A DNA stretch of 64,000 nt from Rhodopila sp. (GCA_965277505.1 CBDIDA010000002.1:91629-155628); one strand, 5' to 3'; shown: positions 48,034 through 59,046, numbered from the stretch's first letter. Notes: generated from the letters alone by a model not told the origin. Program-made: numbers and translations.

Positions 48034-48519
48034 TCAGGCTGCGATCCATTCATCATCGCGCTGCACAACGGCTTCCAGCATACGCAGGATGTCGCTTCCT
48101 GTTGTAACCCTGGGCTGGCTGGAGCTGGCATCTGTCAGCAGATGCTCAAGCGGATCCGGCGACGCTGCGGTTGCGTGGCTGCAGAACCCCATCGCCCAAT
48201 CGGGGAAGCTGCGACGCTCGGTCGGGGTGAAGCTCAGGACGGTAACGCCTGCGTGACGAGGATCGCCGTTGATGCGCTCAAAGGTCTGTTCCACGATCTC
48301 GCGTGGGCCTTCCAGCACCTGAGCGAACCCGGACGCGGTGAACAGCAGCGCGCCGGTGACGCCGTTGAGCTTGTTACGCTCACGTGCCGCTGAGAGGATC
48401 GCGCGAACTTCCGTCTCCAGGCCTTCTTGTGTCGATGCGGTAGGGATCACCTGGGAAATGGTGTTACGGCTGCAGTAGATCAGACGGTAGAGTGAGTCGG
48501 AAAGGATCGGTCTTTTCAT
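48034..48519 (-). CDS. short BLUF-domain blue-light photoreceptor
   Basis: LYRLIYCS (photoactive Tyr), GVTGALLFTASGFAQVLEG (conserved Gln) and FPDWAMGF (Trp/Met). About 60 aa of non-BLUF C-terminal tail. Confidence 0.85.
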   Translation of the reverse strand: MKRPILSDSLYRLIYCSRNTISQVIPTASTQEGLETEVRAILSAARERNKLNGVTGALLFTASGFAQVLEGPREIVEQTFERINGDPRHAGVTVLSFTPTERRSFPDWAMGFCSHATAASPDPLEHLLTDASSSQPRVTTGSDILRMLEAVVQRDDEWIAA

Positions 48520-48592
48520 GATCAGTCACGCTTTCATGTTGCGGCACGGCTGCGTCCGGCTGTCTTCCAAGCGGGAGATCATGCCTTCAACC

Positions 48593-49660
48593 TCAATGGC
48601 AGGAATTGGGGGTCGGCTCAAAGACGCGCCAGGTCCGCTTGCCGGCGGACTTGGCGTCATAGAGGGCAACATCTGCATGCCGCAGCAGATCGTCCGCCGA
48701 AGTGCCGTGTTCCGGAAAGCAGGCAATGCCGACACTGGCGCTGATGTTGACGAGGTGGCTCTCGACAAGGAATGGCCGCGACAGGATGTCGATCAGCCGC
48801 GTGGCAAAGGTTTCAGGAGTGGTGACGTTGGGCAGCATGATGACGAACTGGTCGCCGCCCAGACGGGCCAGCACGTCCTGCTCGCGCGTCTCCCGACGCA
48901 GGCGCCGAGCAACCAGGCAAAGTAAGGCGTCGCCCACGGCGTGCCCCAGTGTGTCGTTGACCGGCTTGAAGCGGTCGAGGTCGATCATCAGGACCGCGTG
49001 TCGGGTTCCCGGTGAGGCCGCATCGATCATCACGCGGGAAGCTTCATTGAAGTGCCGGCGGTTGTTGAGTCCGGTGAGTGCGTCCAACCATGCGTCACCG
49101 GGCGCAGCGGAGGATTGCCGTATCTGTGCCAGCCCTCTTCCATCATCGACCATCAGCATCCAGCGTCGTCCGCCAAGGCTACTGACCTGAAAGCTGAGAC
49201 GCGCCTCTCGTCCAGTCGACAGCCGCAGGCAGCTTCCCGGATCCGCTCGGTCGCCTGCGTCAATCTGCTCGGTGATGAACGCGACAATTGCGTCGCGCTG
49301 GTGCTGCGAGAGGCTCGACACACCGGGAAGCAGGTCGCTCAGCGGCGGCATTGCCTCCGCCAGCATTGGCGGCATTGCGAAAAGTCCGCCGGCGTATTCG
49401 TTCCAGTACAGCAGCCGCATCTCATCGCTGATAACGGCGATTGCATGTGGCAACTGGGCCAGCATGGCGTTGGCCAGCCCCACGGTCATGCGGCTGCGCG
49501 GACGGGGACGTGACGCGGCAGGCAGCGGCACATCGTCGGAGGCTTGCAATCCGTCCGGCGCACAGATTGCCCCAGGTCTCGGCAACGTCTCAGTCTCCTG
49601 CATCGGCGACAGCGTTTCCGCGCTCACTTGGAAATGCTGCGGTTCATATTCGCGAGCCAT
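48593..49660 (-). CDS. PAS-GGDEF protein with degenerate active site (GGDQF) and intact RxxD I-site
   Basis: DALTGLNNRRHF...LMIDLDRFKPVNDTLGHAVGD...TREQDVLARLGGDQFVIML. REQD sits 5 residues before GGDQF. The N-terminal region is PAS-like. Confidence 0.85.
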   Translation of the reverse strand: MAREYEPQHFQVSAETLSPMQETETLPRPGAICAPDGLQASDDVPLPAASRPRPRSRMTVGLANAMLAQLPHAIAVISDEMRLLYWNEYAGGLFAMPPMLAEAMPPLSDLLPGVSSLSQHQRDAIVAFITEQIDAGDRADPGSCLRLSTGREARLSFQVSSLGGRRWMLMVDDGRGLAQIRQSSAAPGDAWLDALTGLNNRRHFNEASRVMIDAASPGTRHAVLMIDLDRFKPVNDTLGHAVGDALLCLVARRLRRETREQDVLARLGGDQFVIMLPNVTTPETFATRLIDILSRPFLVESHLVNISASVGIACFPEHGTSADDLLRHADVALYDAKSAGKRTWRVFEPTPNSCH

Positions 49661-49842
49661 ATCATCAGCCTAGGATTGCCGCGCAAATCCAGCGCTGCCG
49701 ATATTGTTCGAGAACACCAGATCTGGACGCTAACCCACAGGACTTACCGAACCGTTAACGAGAGGGCAGCTTCCGCACGATGGCCGCTTTGTGCGTGAGC
49801 TGGAACTTGACCCCTCGGCTCGCGTCGCCCTAAAGCCGGCGA

Positions 49843-50754
49843 ATGGAACTTGCAGAGCACCAGATTGCGGACATGGCCGCGGCAACCCAGCAGGCGCATG
49901 TCCTGGCCCAGGCCCTGCCCTTTCTGCGTCGCTATGCCGGGGCGACCGTTGTCGTGAAGTATGGCGGCCACGCCATGGGTGAAGAACACCTGGCCAAGCA
50001 GTTCGGCAGCGACATCGCGCTGCTCAAGCAGGTCGGCATCAATCCCGTGGTGGTTCATGGCGGCGGCCCGCAGATCAACACGATGCTGAAACGCTTGGCC
50101 ATACAGTCGACATTCGTGGACGGGCTGCGGGTCACCGACGCGGCAATGGTCGAGGTCGTGGAGATGGTGCTTGCCGGCACGGTAAACAAATACGTCTCCG
50201 GCCTGATTACCAAGGCGGGCGCACTTGCCGTCGGCATCTGCGGCAAGGACGGCGGGATGATCCGTGCCCGCAAGCTGCAGCGCACCAATAAGGATCCGGA
50301 CAGCCACATCGAGCGTGCGCTGGATCTTGGGTATGTTGGCGAACCGACCGCGGTCGACGCCAGGGTCATCCACGCGCTGACCGGCGGTGGACTGGTACCG
50401 GTCATCGCGCCGATCGGCATCGACGTCGATGGCCAGACCTATAACATCAACGCTGATACGGTCGCTGCGGCCGTTGCCGGCGCGTTGAACGCAACCCGGC
50501 TGCTGATGCTGACGGACGTGTCGGGTGTGCTTGGCAAGGACGGTACACTGATCCCTTCCATGACATTAGCCGACGTGAGCGGCCGGATCGCCGACGGCAC
50601 GATCACAGGCGGCATGATCCCGAAAGTGGAAAACTGTGTCGAGGCTGTGCGTCAGGGGGTCAAGGCCGCGGTGATCCTTGACGGACGCGTGCCGCACGCC
50701 TGTCTGCTGGAATTGTTCACGGAGGCTGGTCCCGGCACCCTGATCAGGCGCTGA
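49843..50754 (+). CDS. argB: acetylglutamate kinase
   Basis: VVVKYGGHAMG...VVVHGGGPQI...NINADTVAAAVA. The family is easy to recognise. Confidence 0.9.
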   Translation: MELAEHQIADMAAATQQAHVLAQALPFLRRYAGATVVVKYGGHAMGEEHLAKQFGSDIALLKQVGINPVVVHGGGPQINTMLKRLAIQSTFVDGLRVTDAAMVEVVEMVLAGTVNKYVSGLITKAGALAVGICGKDGGMIRARKLQRTNKDPDSHIERALDLGYVGEPTAVDARVIHALTGGGLVPVIAPIGIDVDGQTYNINADTVAAAVAGALNATRLLMLTDVSGVLGKDGTLIPSMTLADVSGRIADGTITGGMIPKVENCVEAVRQGVKAAVILDGRVPHACLLELFTEAGPGTLIRR

Positions 50755-50822
50755 CACCGAGGCGTGAATTGATGCAGGCCAGGAGAAATCCTACGGCGGC
50801 GGCCGCATCGGCACCTGTCGTC

Positions 50823-52070
50823 TCAGGACATCCGCCGCGGCGCCCAGGGCCGCGTCTGTCCCTCAGTCCCTAGGAAGGCAAGCTGCCACTGCATCTCCTC
50901 CTCTGACAGCGAGAAGCTGTCATCGGGCCGCGGCCGCAGAACCTGGTCAGGCGCTAGACGCCCCAGCATCAACTGCAGAGCAACGGCGGTCTGTGCCGTC
51001 AGGCCAGCTTTCCACGCCACGCTGACCAATGCCTTGGCGCTGCGTAGCCCACAGGCCCGTTCAATGATCGGCACCGCGACGCCAGCCTTGACCGCCAGCA
51101 TGGCTGTTGCCGAAGCTGTTGCATTGCGCCGAAGGGTGGCCAAGATCGCGGCATCGTCTAGCTTGCCGTTCTGATGCAGCATTTGCGCCTGCGCCAGCGC
51201 GGTTTTCGTGTCCACTTCCAGAACGGCCGAACCGGCCTGGCGACCAGGGGATGCGGACGGCCGAACCAGGTTTGCCCGGTTCAGTGCGATACGCAGTTGC
51301 TGCGAGACTTTCAGATCGAGGTCGGCGCGGGACGCCAGCGTTTCCAGCAGGTTGCCGGTCACGATTTCCGCCAGCATCCGCTGCGCCCGCGGCGGCAGAT
51401 ACGGACGTCTGACCAGCGGTTCCTGCCAGTCGGTCTGTTCCTCAGACTGCGCGGCCAGTGCGTCCAGCGTGGCCTCGCGAATCTGCGCAGTGTGGTTTGA
51501 CAACAGTGCGGTGATAGCGACGACGTTCTCCGTGCTGACGATGGCGTCCGAGACGGTCTCGCCAATTCGCGGCCGGTTGGCGACCGCTAGAATGGTAGAC
51601 GGCGGCGGCCCGGATGCAATCAGCGCCACCAAATCTTCCTGCGTCAGCATCGGCGAAAATCGGATTACCGGTTCACAGACCATGACTGCCGGATCGTGCG
51701 CTAACCGCAGGATGATGTCACGCGGACCGTCCGGCAAGTCGCGCACGGCCTCCGCCACGCATGTTCGTACCCGCAACGCCGCATCAGCGACCAGCGTTGT
51801 CAGGCTGGCGACCGCCTCCTCCTGCAGGCGTTTACGCGCCTGTGTCGGAAGCGTCGGGGTTAAGGCGTCCAGCTTGCGTCGGATGATTTTCTGCACCCGG
51901 ATGTCAGTGTCGGAAGCCAGGATCTGCGCCAGTTCCTGCGGCAGCGCCGGATTCATCGCCAAGCTGGCCCGTACTGTTACAGACGGATCGGATGCAAGTT
52001 CCCGCAGAATGTCTGGACTGGTGGTTTCGCAGGCACCCAACCGGACGCGCGTCGCCTCGTTCGGGTCCAT
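50823..52070 (-). CDS. DUF2336-like HEAT/LRV-repeat protein
   Basis: Repeats of the type SDPSVTVRASLAMNPALPQELAQILASD. The ATG at 52070 overlaps the upstream GGDEF gene's stop by 1 nt (TAATG). Family assignment is from memory of DUF2336 sequences. Confidence 0.5.
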   Translation of the reverse strand: MDPNEATRVRLGACETTSPDILRELASDPSVTVRASLAMNPALPQELAQILASDTDIRVQKIIRRKLDALTPTLPTQARKRLQEEAVASLTTLVADAALRVRTCVAEAVRDLPDGPRDIILRLAHDPAVMVCEPVIRFSPMLTQEDLVALIASGPPPSTILAVANRPRIGETVSDAIVSTENVVAITALLSNHTAQIREATLDALAAQSEEQTDWQEPLVRRPYLPPRAQRMLAEIVTGNLLETLASRADLDLKVSQQLRIALNRANLVRPSASPGRQAGSAVLEVDTKTALAQAQMLHQNGKLDDAAILATLRRNATASATAMLAVKAGVAVPIIERACGLRSAKALVSVAWKAGLTAQTAVALQLMLGRLAPDQVLRPRPDDSFSLSEEEMQWQLAFLGTEGQTRPWAPRRMS

Positions 52071-53476
52071 TAATCGCCTTCCAGCAAGGATACGCGCCAA
52101 TGGCCGCGGCCGCCTCGCTTGACTTCATACATTGCCATGTCAGCCCGTCTGGTCAGGTCCTCGATCGACTCGCGGCTGCCGACGCGTCGTGTGGCAATGC
52201 CGACCGACACGCCCAATCCGGTAATGGCCTCGGGCAGCAAAGCCTGGATCTCACTAGCAGCGGTACGGCACAGGTGATCGGCGCGCTCAGCCGCGGTCAG
52301 GTGATCGGTACTGCTGAGCCACACGGCAAACTCGTCGCCCCCCAGGCGGGCAATCAGATCGGCAGGCCGCACCAGCCTTTTCAGCATGTTTGCGACCTGC
52401 ACCAGAACCTGGTCGCCGACGGCGTGGCCTAACTGATCATTCACCGGCTTGAAGCCGTCGAGATCGACGAACATCAATGTTCCCGCCTCGGCGTCGCGAT
52501 CCAGACGAGCGATCTGCCGCTTGGTCTCCTCGAGAAAAGCGCGCCGGTTCAACAGGCCGGTCAGCGAGTCGGTCCGCGCCTGGTGCGCCATCTCGCGGGA
52601 GAATGCTTCATATTCCAGGATCATCCGGACGATGCGCACGGCTGATCCGGCGAGCAAGGTATCCTCTTTATCCCACAGGCGATCCTTGGCGTTACGCCAG
52701 ATAACAAGGCCAGCATTGGCACCGAAGCGGGTCTGGCAGCCGGCAGCCAGGACAAAGCGGCCATCGGGGCTGACAGCTTGGCCGGCTTCGGCGGCGTGCT
52801 GGCGCATGAAGCGGGCAGCGGCGGGCAGGATGGCGAAGGCGCCAGGGCCGCATTCATGCAGCACCTCAACCGGCGCCTCATCCGATGTACCGCCGACGAT
52901 GGCGGCGCCCTCCGCACCCAGGGCCTGGATCAACGCCCACAGCGCGGCATCCATCATCGAGTCGGTGTCCGTCTCCTGCCCGACACGGGCCAGGATGTGG
53001 TCAAGCACTTCGCCTCGCCGCAGTCGGCCGGCGATTTGCGAGCTCTGCGCGTCGCTGGCGGTGATGTCGATGCCAATCCCGCGGGCGCCGATCATCGCGC
53101 CCTGCGCGTCGTACAGCGGTGCGGCAGAGATCGACATCATTGCCAGTTCGCCGCTGAAGCGCCGCAGCCATGACCGATGACGGCGCATCTCCGCGATTGG
53201 CCGGAATGGGTTGACGATGGTTCCGGCACCGTCGTCTCCCACCAGAAGCTCTGACGGCTGGCCGATCAACGATCCGGCGGGCCAGCCCAGCGGAGTGTCG
53301 GGGATGACGAAGACAAAGCGGCCATTGGCATCGGTTTCGAAGGCGATATCGGCGGTCAGGCCGACCAGATGCTGCCAGCGCTGGCGGCTCTCGACCAGCG
53401 CCTTGCGTATCGGGTCGGAAGCGATCAGCCCTGTCGCAGAGGCTGGGACGGGCGTATCCAGAATCGTTTGAGTCAT
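52070..53476 (-). CDS. PAS-GAF-GGDEF diguanylate cyclase (canonical GGDEF plus RxxD I-site)
   Basis: DSLTGLLNRRAF...MFVDLDGFKPVNDQLGHAVGD...RPADLIARLGGDEFAVWL. Start is MTQTILD (an upstream alternative exists at 53518). Confidence 0.85.
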   Translation of the reverse strand: MTQTILDTPVPASATGLIASDPIRKALVESRQRWQHLVGLTADIAFETDANGRFVFVIPDTPLGWPAGSLIGQPSELLVGDDGAGTIVNPFRPIAEMRRHRSWLRRFSGELAMMSISAAPLYDAQGAMIGARGIGIDITASDAQSSQIAGRLRRGEVLDHILARVGQETDTDSMMDAALWALIQALGAEGAAIVGGTSDEAPVEVLHECGPGAFAILPAAARFMRQHAAEAGQAVSPDGRFVLAAGCQTRFGANAGLVIWRNAKDRLWDKEDTLLAGSAVRIVRMILEYEAFSREMAHQARTDSLTGLLNRRAFLEETKRQIARLDRDAEAGTLMFVDLDGFKPVNDQLGHAVGDQVLVQVANMLKRLVRPADLIARLGGDEFAVWLSSTDHLTAAERADHLCRTAASEIQALLPEAITGLGVSVGIATRRVGSRESIEDLTRRADMAMYEVKRGGRGHWRVSLLEGD

Positions 53477-53650
53477 GCGCGGCGCGTCCAAGAAGACCGG
53501 TCCGCATAAGAGCCACAAATGGGTTAATGAAAGGTTGCCGGCTCAGGATTTGACCGTCTGCGACCTGACCATGCGTGCGGAGGATAGCCCACTTCCCCGC
53601 CAAAACAGTCAGACGTTGCAGAATCTTCTTCGATTATCCGCGGCTTGTAG

Positions 53651-55048
<1,398 letters not shown>

Positions 55049-55166
55049 TTACCAACCGAACCATCAGCGCGCGACCGCCCACAGAGATCACCTTCATTTG
55101 AGAGCAAGATCGTTCGCCGGCGATCAGGGCCGCCCTACGTTCGGTTCACCAAGAAAAGGGTGCCGC

Positions 55167-55859
55167 ATGAAACATTTTCTCTGCCTCGCCGGGTTTTTGA
55201 CCGGCATGATGCCCGCCATGAGCCAGGCACAGGTGCAGACCTACTATCATGCCGGGGCGTGGGACGCATTCAGTGGCCGGACCGAGTCGGGCGCAGTTTG
55301 CGGGGTCGGCACGACGATGCCGCCGGACAGCCGCCGCCTGTCCATGCGGTTCGATATCGGCGGGACGCTGACCAGGTTCGTGGCAAGCAAGCCGGACTGG
55401 TCGATCCCGGGTAATGCCAGGGTGACGGTCGTGGTGCAGATCGGCCTGAACGCGCCGCTGACGGTTCAGGCGACCGGCCAAAGCCACCCATCCGACCAGG
55501 GTCATGGACCGGGTCCCGGCCAAGATTCCGGCGCGGCTGGCAATCAACGCGACGGTAACGACGCTGCGGCTGATGTCGGCCATGAGCTGACCTGGACGCT
55601 GGATCCGGATACCATTCAAGCGTTCGATCGACAGTTCCGCAGTGCTCCGTCGATGACGTTAGCCTTTCCGGACGGCAATGAGCGGCCGTGGACCGTCTCG
55701 CTCGCCGGCTCCACCGCGATCAGCGACACGTTCGGACGGTGCGTCCGCGACCTGACCCGACAGGTGCAGTCATTCCACCCGACGCAGGGCAACAATCCGC
55801 CACCGCAGGGTGCCACGCAGCCGTTCAGTCAGCCCAATGCGCCGCCGCCGCCGCAATGA
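55167..55859 (+). CDS. secreted hypothetical protein with Pro/Gln-rich C-terminus
   Basis: Signal peptide MKHFLCLAGFLTGMMPAMSQAQ. I recognise no family. It lies between eno and kdsA on the opposite strand. Confidence 0.5.
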   Translation: MKHFLCLAGFLTGMMPAMSQAQVQTYYHAGAWDAFSGRTESGAVCGVGTTMPPDSRRLSMRFDIGGTLTRFVASKPDWSIPGNARVTVVVQIGLNAPLTVQATGQSHPSDQGHGPGPGQDSGAAGNQRDGNDAAADVGHELTWTLDPDTIQAFDRQFRSAPSMTLAFPDGNERPWTVSLAGSTAISDTFGRCVRDLTRQVQSFHPTQGNNPPPQGATQPFSQPNAPPPPQ

Positions 55860-55914
55860 CCGCCGCGGCGCCGGCGGTGTCCCACACCCGGCCGAGCGGC
55901 TGGCTGGATGTGCC

Positions 55915-56018
55915 TAGAGCAACATCAGCCTGACTGGAACAGTCAGGCTGATGTTGCTCGCGAAAACAACGGGCTAGACCGCGCTGACTGTTCTAGTCAG
56001 CCTGAAAGCGGTCTAGCA
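55915..56018. repeat. palindromic intergenic repeat element, copy 1 (104 bp, CTAG-bounded)
   Basis: A perfect 19-bp stem AGCAACATCAGCCTGACTG-gaa-CAGTCAGGCTGATGTTGCT (55919-55959). A nested second hairpin follows: GCTAGACCGC...GCGGTCTAGC (55974-56018) with an inner GCTGACT/AGTCAGC stem. It is nearly identical to 60205..60311. Confidence 0.9.
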
Positions 56019-56027
56019 TGGCAGCAT

Positions 56028-56867
56028 TCAGAGGGGTTGCTTTGCCAAGCGGTCGAATGCCGCAAGCCTGGTGATCAAAGCCTCCATACTCGCCAGCGGA
56101 ATCATGTTTGGCCCATCGCTCGGGGCTTTGTCAGGGTCCGGATGCGTCTCGATGAATACGGCGGCCACACCAACGGCCAGCGCTGCGCGGGCCAGCACGG
56201 GCGCGAACTCACGCTGGCCGCCTGACGCGGTTCCCTGGCCACCCGGCTGCTGCACGGAATGCGTCGCGTCGAACACCACTGGATAGCCGGTTCGTGCCAT
56301 GATCGGCAGGCTGCGCATGTCGCTGACCAGGGTGTTGTAACCGAAACTCGCACCGCGTTCACACAGCAGGATGTTCTGGTTGCCGGTACTGGCGATCTTG
56401 GCGGCGACGTGCTCCATGTCCCAGGGTGCTAGGAACTGTCCTTTCTTGACGTTGATGACGCGCCCGGTTTGACCGGCGGCAAGCAGAAGGTCAGTCTGTC
56501 GGCACAGAAACGCCGGGATCTGCAGCACGTCCACCACCTGCGCCGCCACCGCGCATTGCTCCGCTGTATGTACGTCCGTCAAGACAGCAAGACCGGTCGC
56601 CTCGCGCACCTCCTGCAGGATCGCCAGCCCGCGGTCCATGCCGATGCCGCGCTCGGCGGCTGCGCTGGTCCTGTTTGCCTTGTCGTAGCTGGATTTGTAG
56701 ATGACTGGCACCCCAGTCCGTCCGGCAATCGCTTGCAATGCATGGGCTGTCTCAAGCGCATGAGCTCGGGACTCGATCTGGCAGGGCCCCGCGATCAATA
56801 CAAACGGTCGGTCGTTGCCAATCTCTAGGCCGCCGACCTTCACGTGACAGATGAGCTTCGGGACCAT
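56028..56867 (-). CDS. kdsA: 3-deoxy-8-phosphooctulonate synthase
   Basis: [12 protein letters not shown]...[11 protein letters not shown]...[11 protein letters not shown]. Confidence 0.9.
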   Translation of the reverse strand: MVPKLICHVKVGGLEIGNDRPFVLIAGPCQIESRAHALETAHALQAIAGRTGVPVIYKSSYDKANRTSAAAERGIGMDRGLAILQEVREATGLAVLTDVHTAEQCAVAAQVVDVLQIPAFLCRQTDLLLAAGQTGRVINVKKGQFLAPWDMEHVAAKIASTGNQNILLCERGASFGYNTLVSDMRSLPIMARTGYPVVFDATHSVQQPGGQGTASGGQREFAPVLARAALAVGVAAVFIETHPDPDKAPSDGPNMIPLASMEALITRLAAFDRLAKQPL

Positions 56868-57212
56868 GACAAGATTCCTTCGACAGAAAGCGGCCGCGGC
56901 AAGGAATTTTTGATCTGCCAACGGTAATCGGCTACGGGCAAGTTATGTTCTAATAATAAAACATGATCGCAGACGAACTAAATCCGATGATGACGAAAAA
57001 GTGCGTAGTTGGTCTTTCTGTGAACATTTCTTTGTCGGACAAACACCATTACAAGAAAAAAGGGTAATTCTTCTTATATATTCATCTTGTCCACAGGGGC
57101 AAAATAGCGAAAACCATTAACACAGATTAAAACCATCCGTCACCGGGTTGTCAGCTTCGCAACCCTCCTGTTACCGAAAGTTCGATCGGCGAACGGTGAG
57201 GGAACCAATTCG

Positions 57213-58016
57213 ATGCGGACATCTGGGGTGGGAACGACGGCGTATCTCTTCGCCTCCGCATTTATGGTCAGTCTTCCGCTGCTTCCCCAGCCAGCGCATT
57301 CCGCCGAAGCCGCACGACACAGTGAATCCACTTCCAGCACGGCCGATGTCATCTCTTCTCGCCCACGTGGAAATCGACTAGAGGTAGCATACCATAACCA
57401 GTTGATGCACGCACTGCCGGCACCGACCAAGCGCGAGGTGACCCGCCTGTACGGCATTTCCTGTGTCCCTTATGCCCGCCAGATTTCTGGCATCAACGTC
57501 ACCGGCAACGCCTGGCAGTGGTGGGCCCACGCCGCCGGCCGCTACGCGCGCGGCGACCAGCCAGAGATGGGCAGCGTGCTGAATTTCCGTCCGAACGGCC
57601 GCATGAACCTTGGCCACGTCGCCGTCGTCACCCGCTTGGTCAATCCACGCGAGATCATCGTCGATCATGCCAACTGGCCAAGCGGCAGCGGCTACGGCCA
57701 CATTTCCCATAACGTCACGGTCGTCGATGTGTCGGAGGCTAACAACTGGTCCGCCGTGCGGGTGGAACTCGGCCGCCGTGGCACCTTTGGTTCGGTCTAT
57801 CCAACCTACGGCTTCATCTACAATCGGCCTGACACCGGCGCGTTGGTTGCCAATATTGGCCGCCCGGCGCCGCTGCCCACAATCAATCCCGTACCGTCCG
57901 ACTTGCGTCCGGCAGCGGAGCGTCCGTGGCACGTGATCGAACAGGTCTCCGAGTCCCGAGAACCTGCTGGATCGGAAGCCAATCTGCATCCGACGGCAGT
58001 GTCTGCGCATCCGTAA
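57213..58016 (+). CDS. secreted CHAP-domain (peptidoglycan amidase/peptidase) protein
   Basis: Signal peptide. The catalytic Cys context is GISCVPYARQISG. LGHVAVVTRL...VDHANW carries the His. Confidence 0.75.
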   Translation: MRTSGVGTTAYLFASAFMVSLPLLPQPAHSAEAARHSESTSSTADVISSRPRGNRLEVAYHNQLMHALPAPTKREVTRLYGISCVPYARQISGINVTGNAWQWWAHAAGRYARGDQPEMGSVLNFRPNGRMNLGHVAVVTRLVNPREIIVDHANWPSGSGYGHISHNVTVVDVSEANNWSAVRVELGRRGTFGSVYPTYGFIYNRPDTGALVANIGRPAPLPTINPVPSDLRPAAERPWHVIEQVSESREPAGSEANLHPTAVSAHP

Positions 58017-58163
58017 CCACCTGACCGCAGGTGGCGGTGTCCTGAGATCCAGCAGCGCAAGCGGGCAGAGACATCAGCAGCCTGCCAGTTGATCTGGCCA
58101 AACCGCGACAGTGTAATTGACGTCAGAGGCATTGTCGCCTTTGCGCGATCTGGTCGAACATAA

Positions 58164-59012
58164 ATGAACGGACGCGTGCATGTCATCGGTGCCTCAGGGC
58201 GATCAGGCCGGTCTCTCTGCCGGTCGTTGATTGCCGATGGCACCGACATTGTTGCTGTGGTTCGGAATCCGGCCAAATACCAAGCAGCCGGATTGGCGGG
58301 TGAAACAAGGCTTGCGGATCTGCGTCAGCCGGGCACCCTGCGGATGGCGCTTGCCGATGCCCAAAGCGTGGTCTGCTGTGCTCATGCCCGCCATGCCGCC
58401 ACCATCGTGGCAGCCGCGCCCTCATCAGCGGTGCTGGTGCTCTTGGGCAGCACCAGAAAGTTCACTCAGTGGCCAGACCACCATGGCAACGGCGTGCTGG
58501 CCGGCGAAGCTGCCCTGCTGCAATCCGGGCGGCGCGGTGTGATGCTGCATCCGACGATGATCTACGGCGCGGATGGCGAGAACAACGTGCAGCGATTGGC
58601 GGCACTGCTGCGACGGCTGCCGTTTCTGCCCTTGCCGCGTGGCGGACGGTTCCTGGTGCAGCCAATCCATCAGTCCGACGTGACACGCTGTCTTCGAGCA
58701 GCGCTGCGGCACGAATGGCGCGGGCCGGAGAGCCTGGTGATCGCGGGTCCGCTTGCCGTCACCTATGCAGACTTAGTCCGCAACGTGGCAGCCGCGGCCG
58801 GACTGCGGAAACCGACGATCCTGCCGTTCCCCGCGGCCCCATTGATTCTGGCCGCAAGAATGACGCAGCACGTGACCACGCTGCCGGTGGTCAGGCCCGA
58901 GGAGATCCGCCGGCTGATGGAGGACAAGGCGTTTGACATCACCGCCATGCGCGACTTGCTCCATGTTGAGCCGATCCCGCTGCAACAGGGGCTTGCACTG
59001 ACATTCGCCTAG
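58164..59012 (+). CDS. NAD(P)H-binding SDR/NmrA-like protein
   Basis: Rossmann motif VHVIGASGRSGRSL. Length is about 280 aa. Confidence 0.65.
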   Translation: MNGRVHVIGASGRSGRSLCRSLIADGTDIVAVVRNPAKYQAAGLAGETRLADLRQPGTLRMALADAQSVVCCAHARHAATIVAAAPSSAVLVLLGSTRKFTQWPDHHGNGVLAGEAALLQSGRRGVMLHPTMIYGADGENNVQRLAALLRRLPFLPLPRGGRFLVQPIHQSDVTRCLRAALRHEWRGPESLVIAGPLAVTYADLVRNVAAAAGLRKPTILPFPAAPLILAARMTQHVTTLPVVRPEEIRRLMEDKAFDITAMRDLLHVEPIPLQQGLALTFA

Positions 59013-59046
59013 GAACAGGAGTCGCGCTGCCGTTCTGGAGACTACC

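Noticed and set aside
57118-57131. TTAA-cacaga-TTAA in the AT-rich kdsA/CHAP divergent region, CtrA-box-like
   Set aside because: The spacer is 6 nt, whereas the CtrA consensus is TTAA-N7-TTAAC. AT-rich DNA produces such near-matches by chance.
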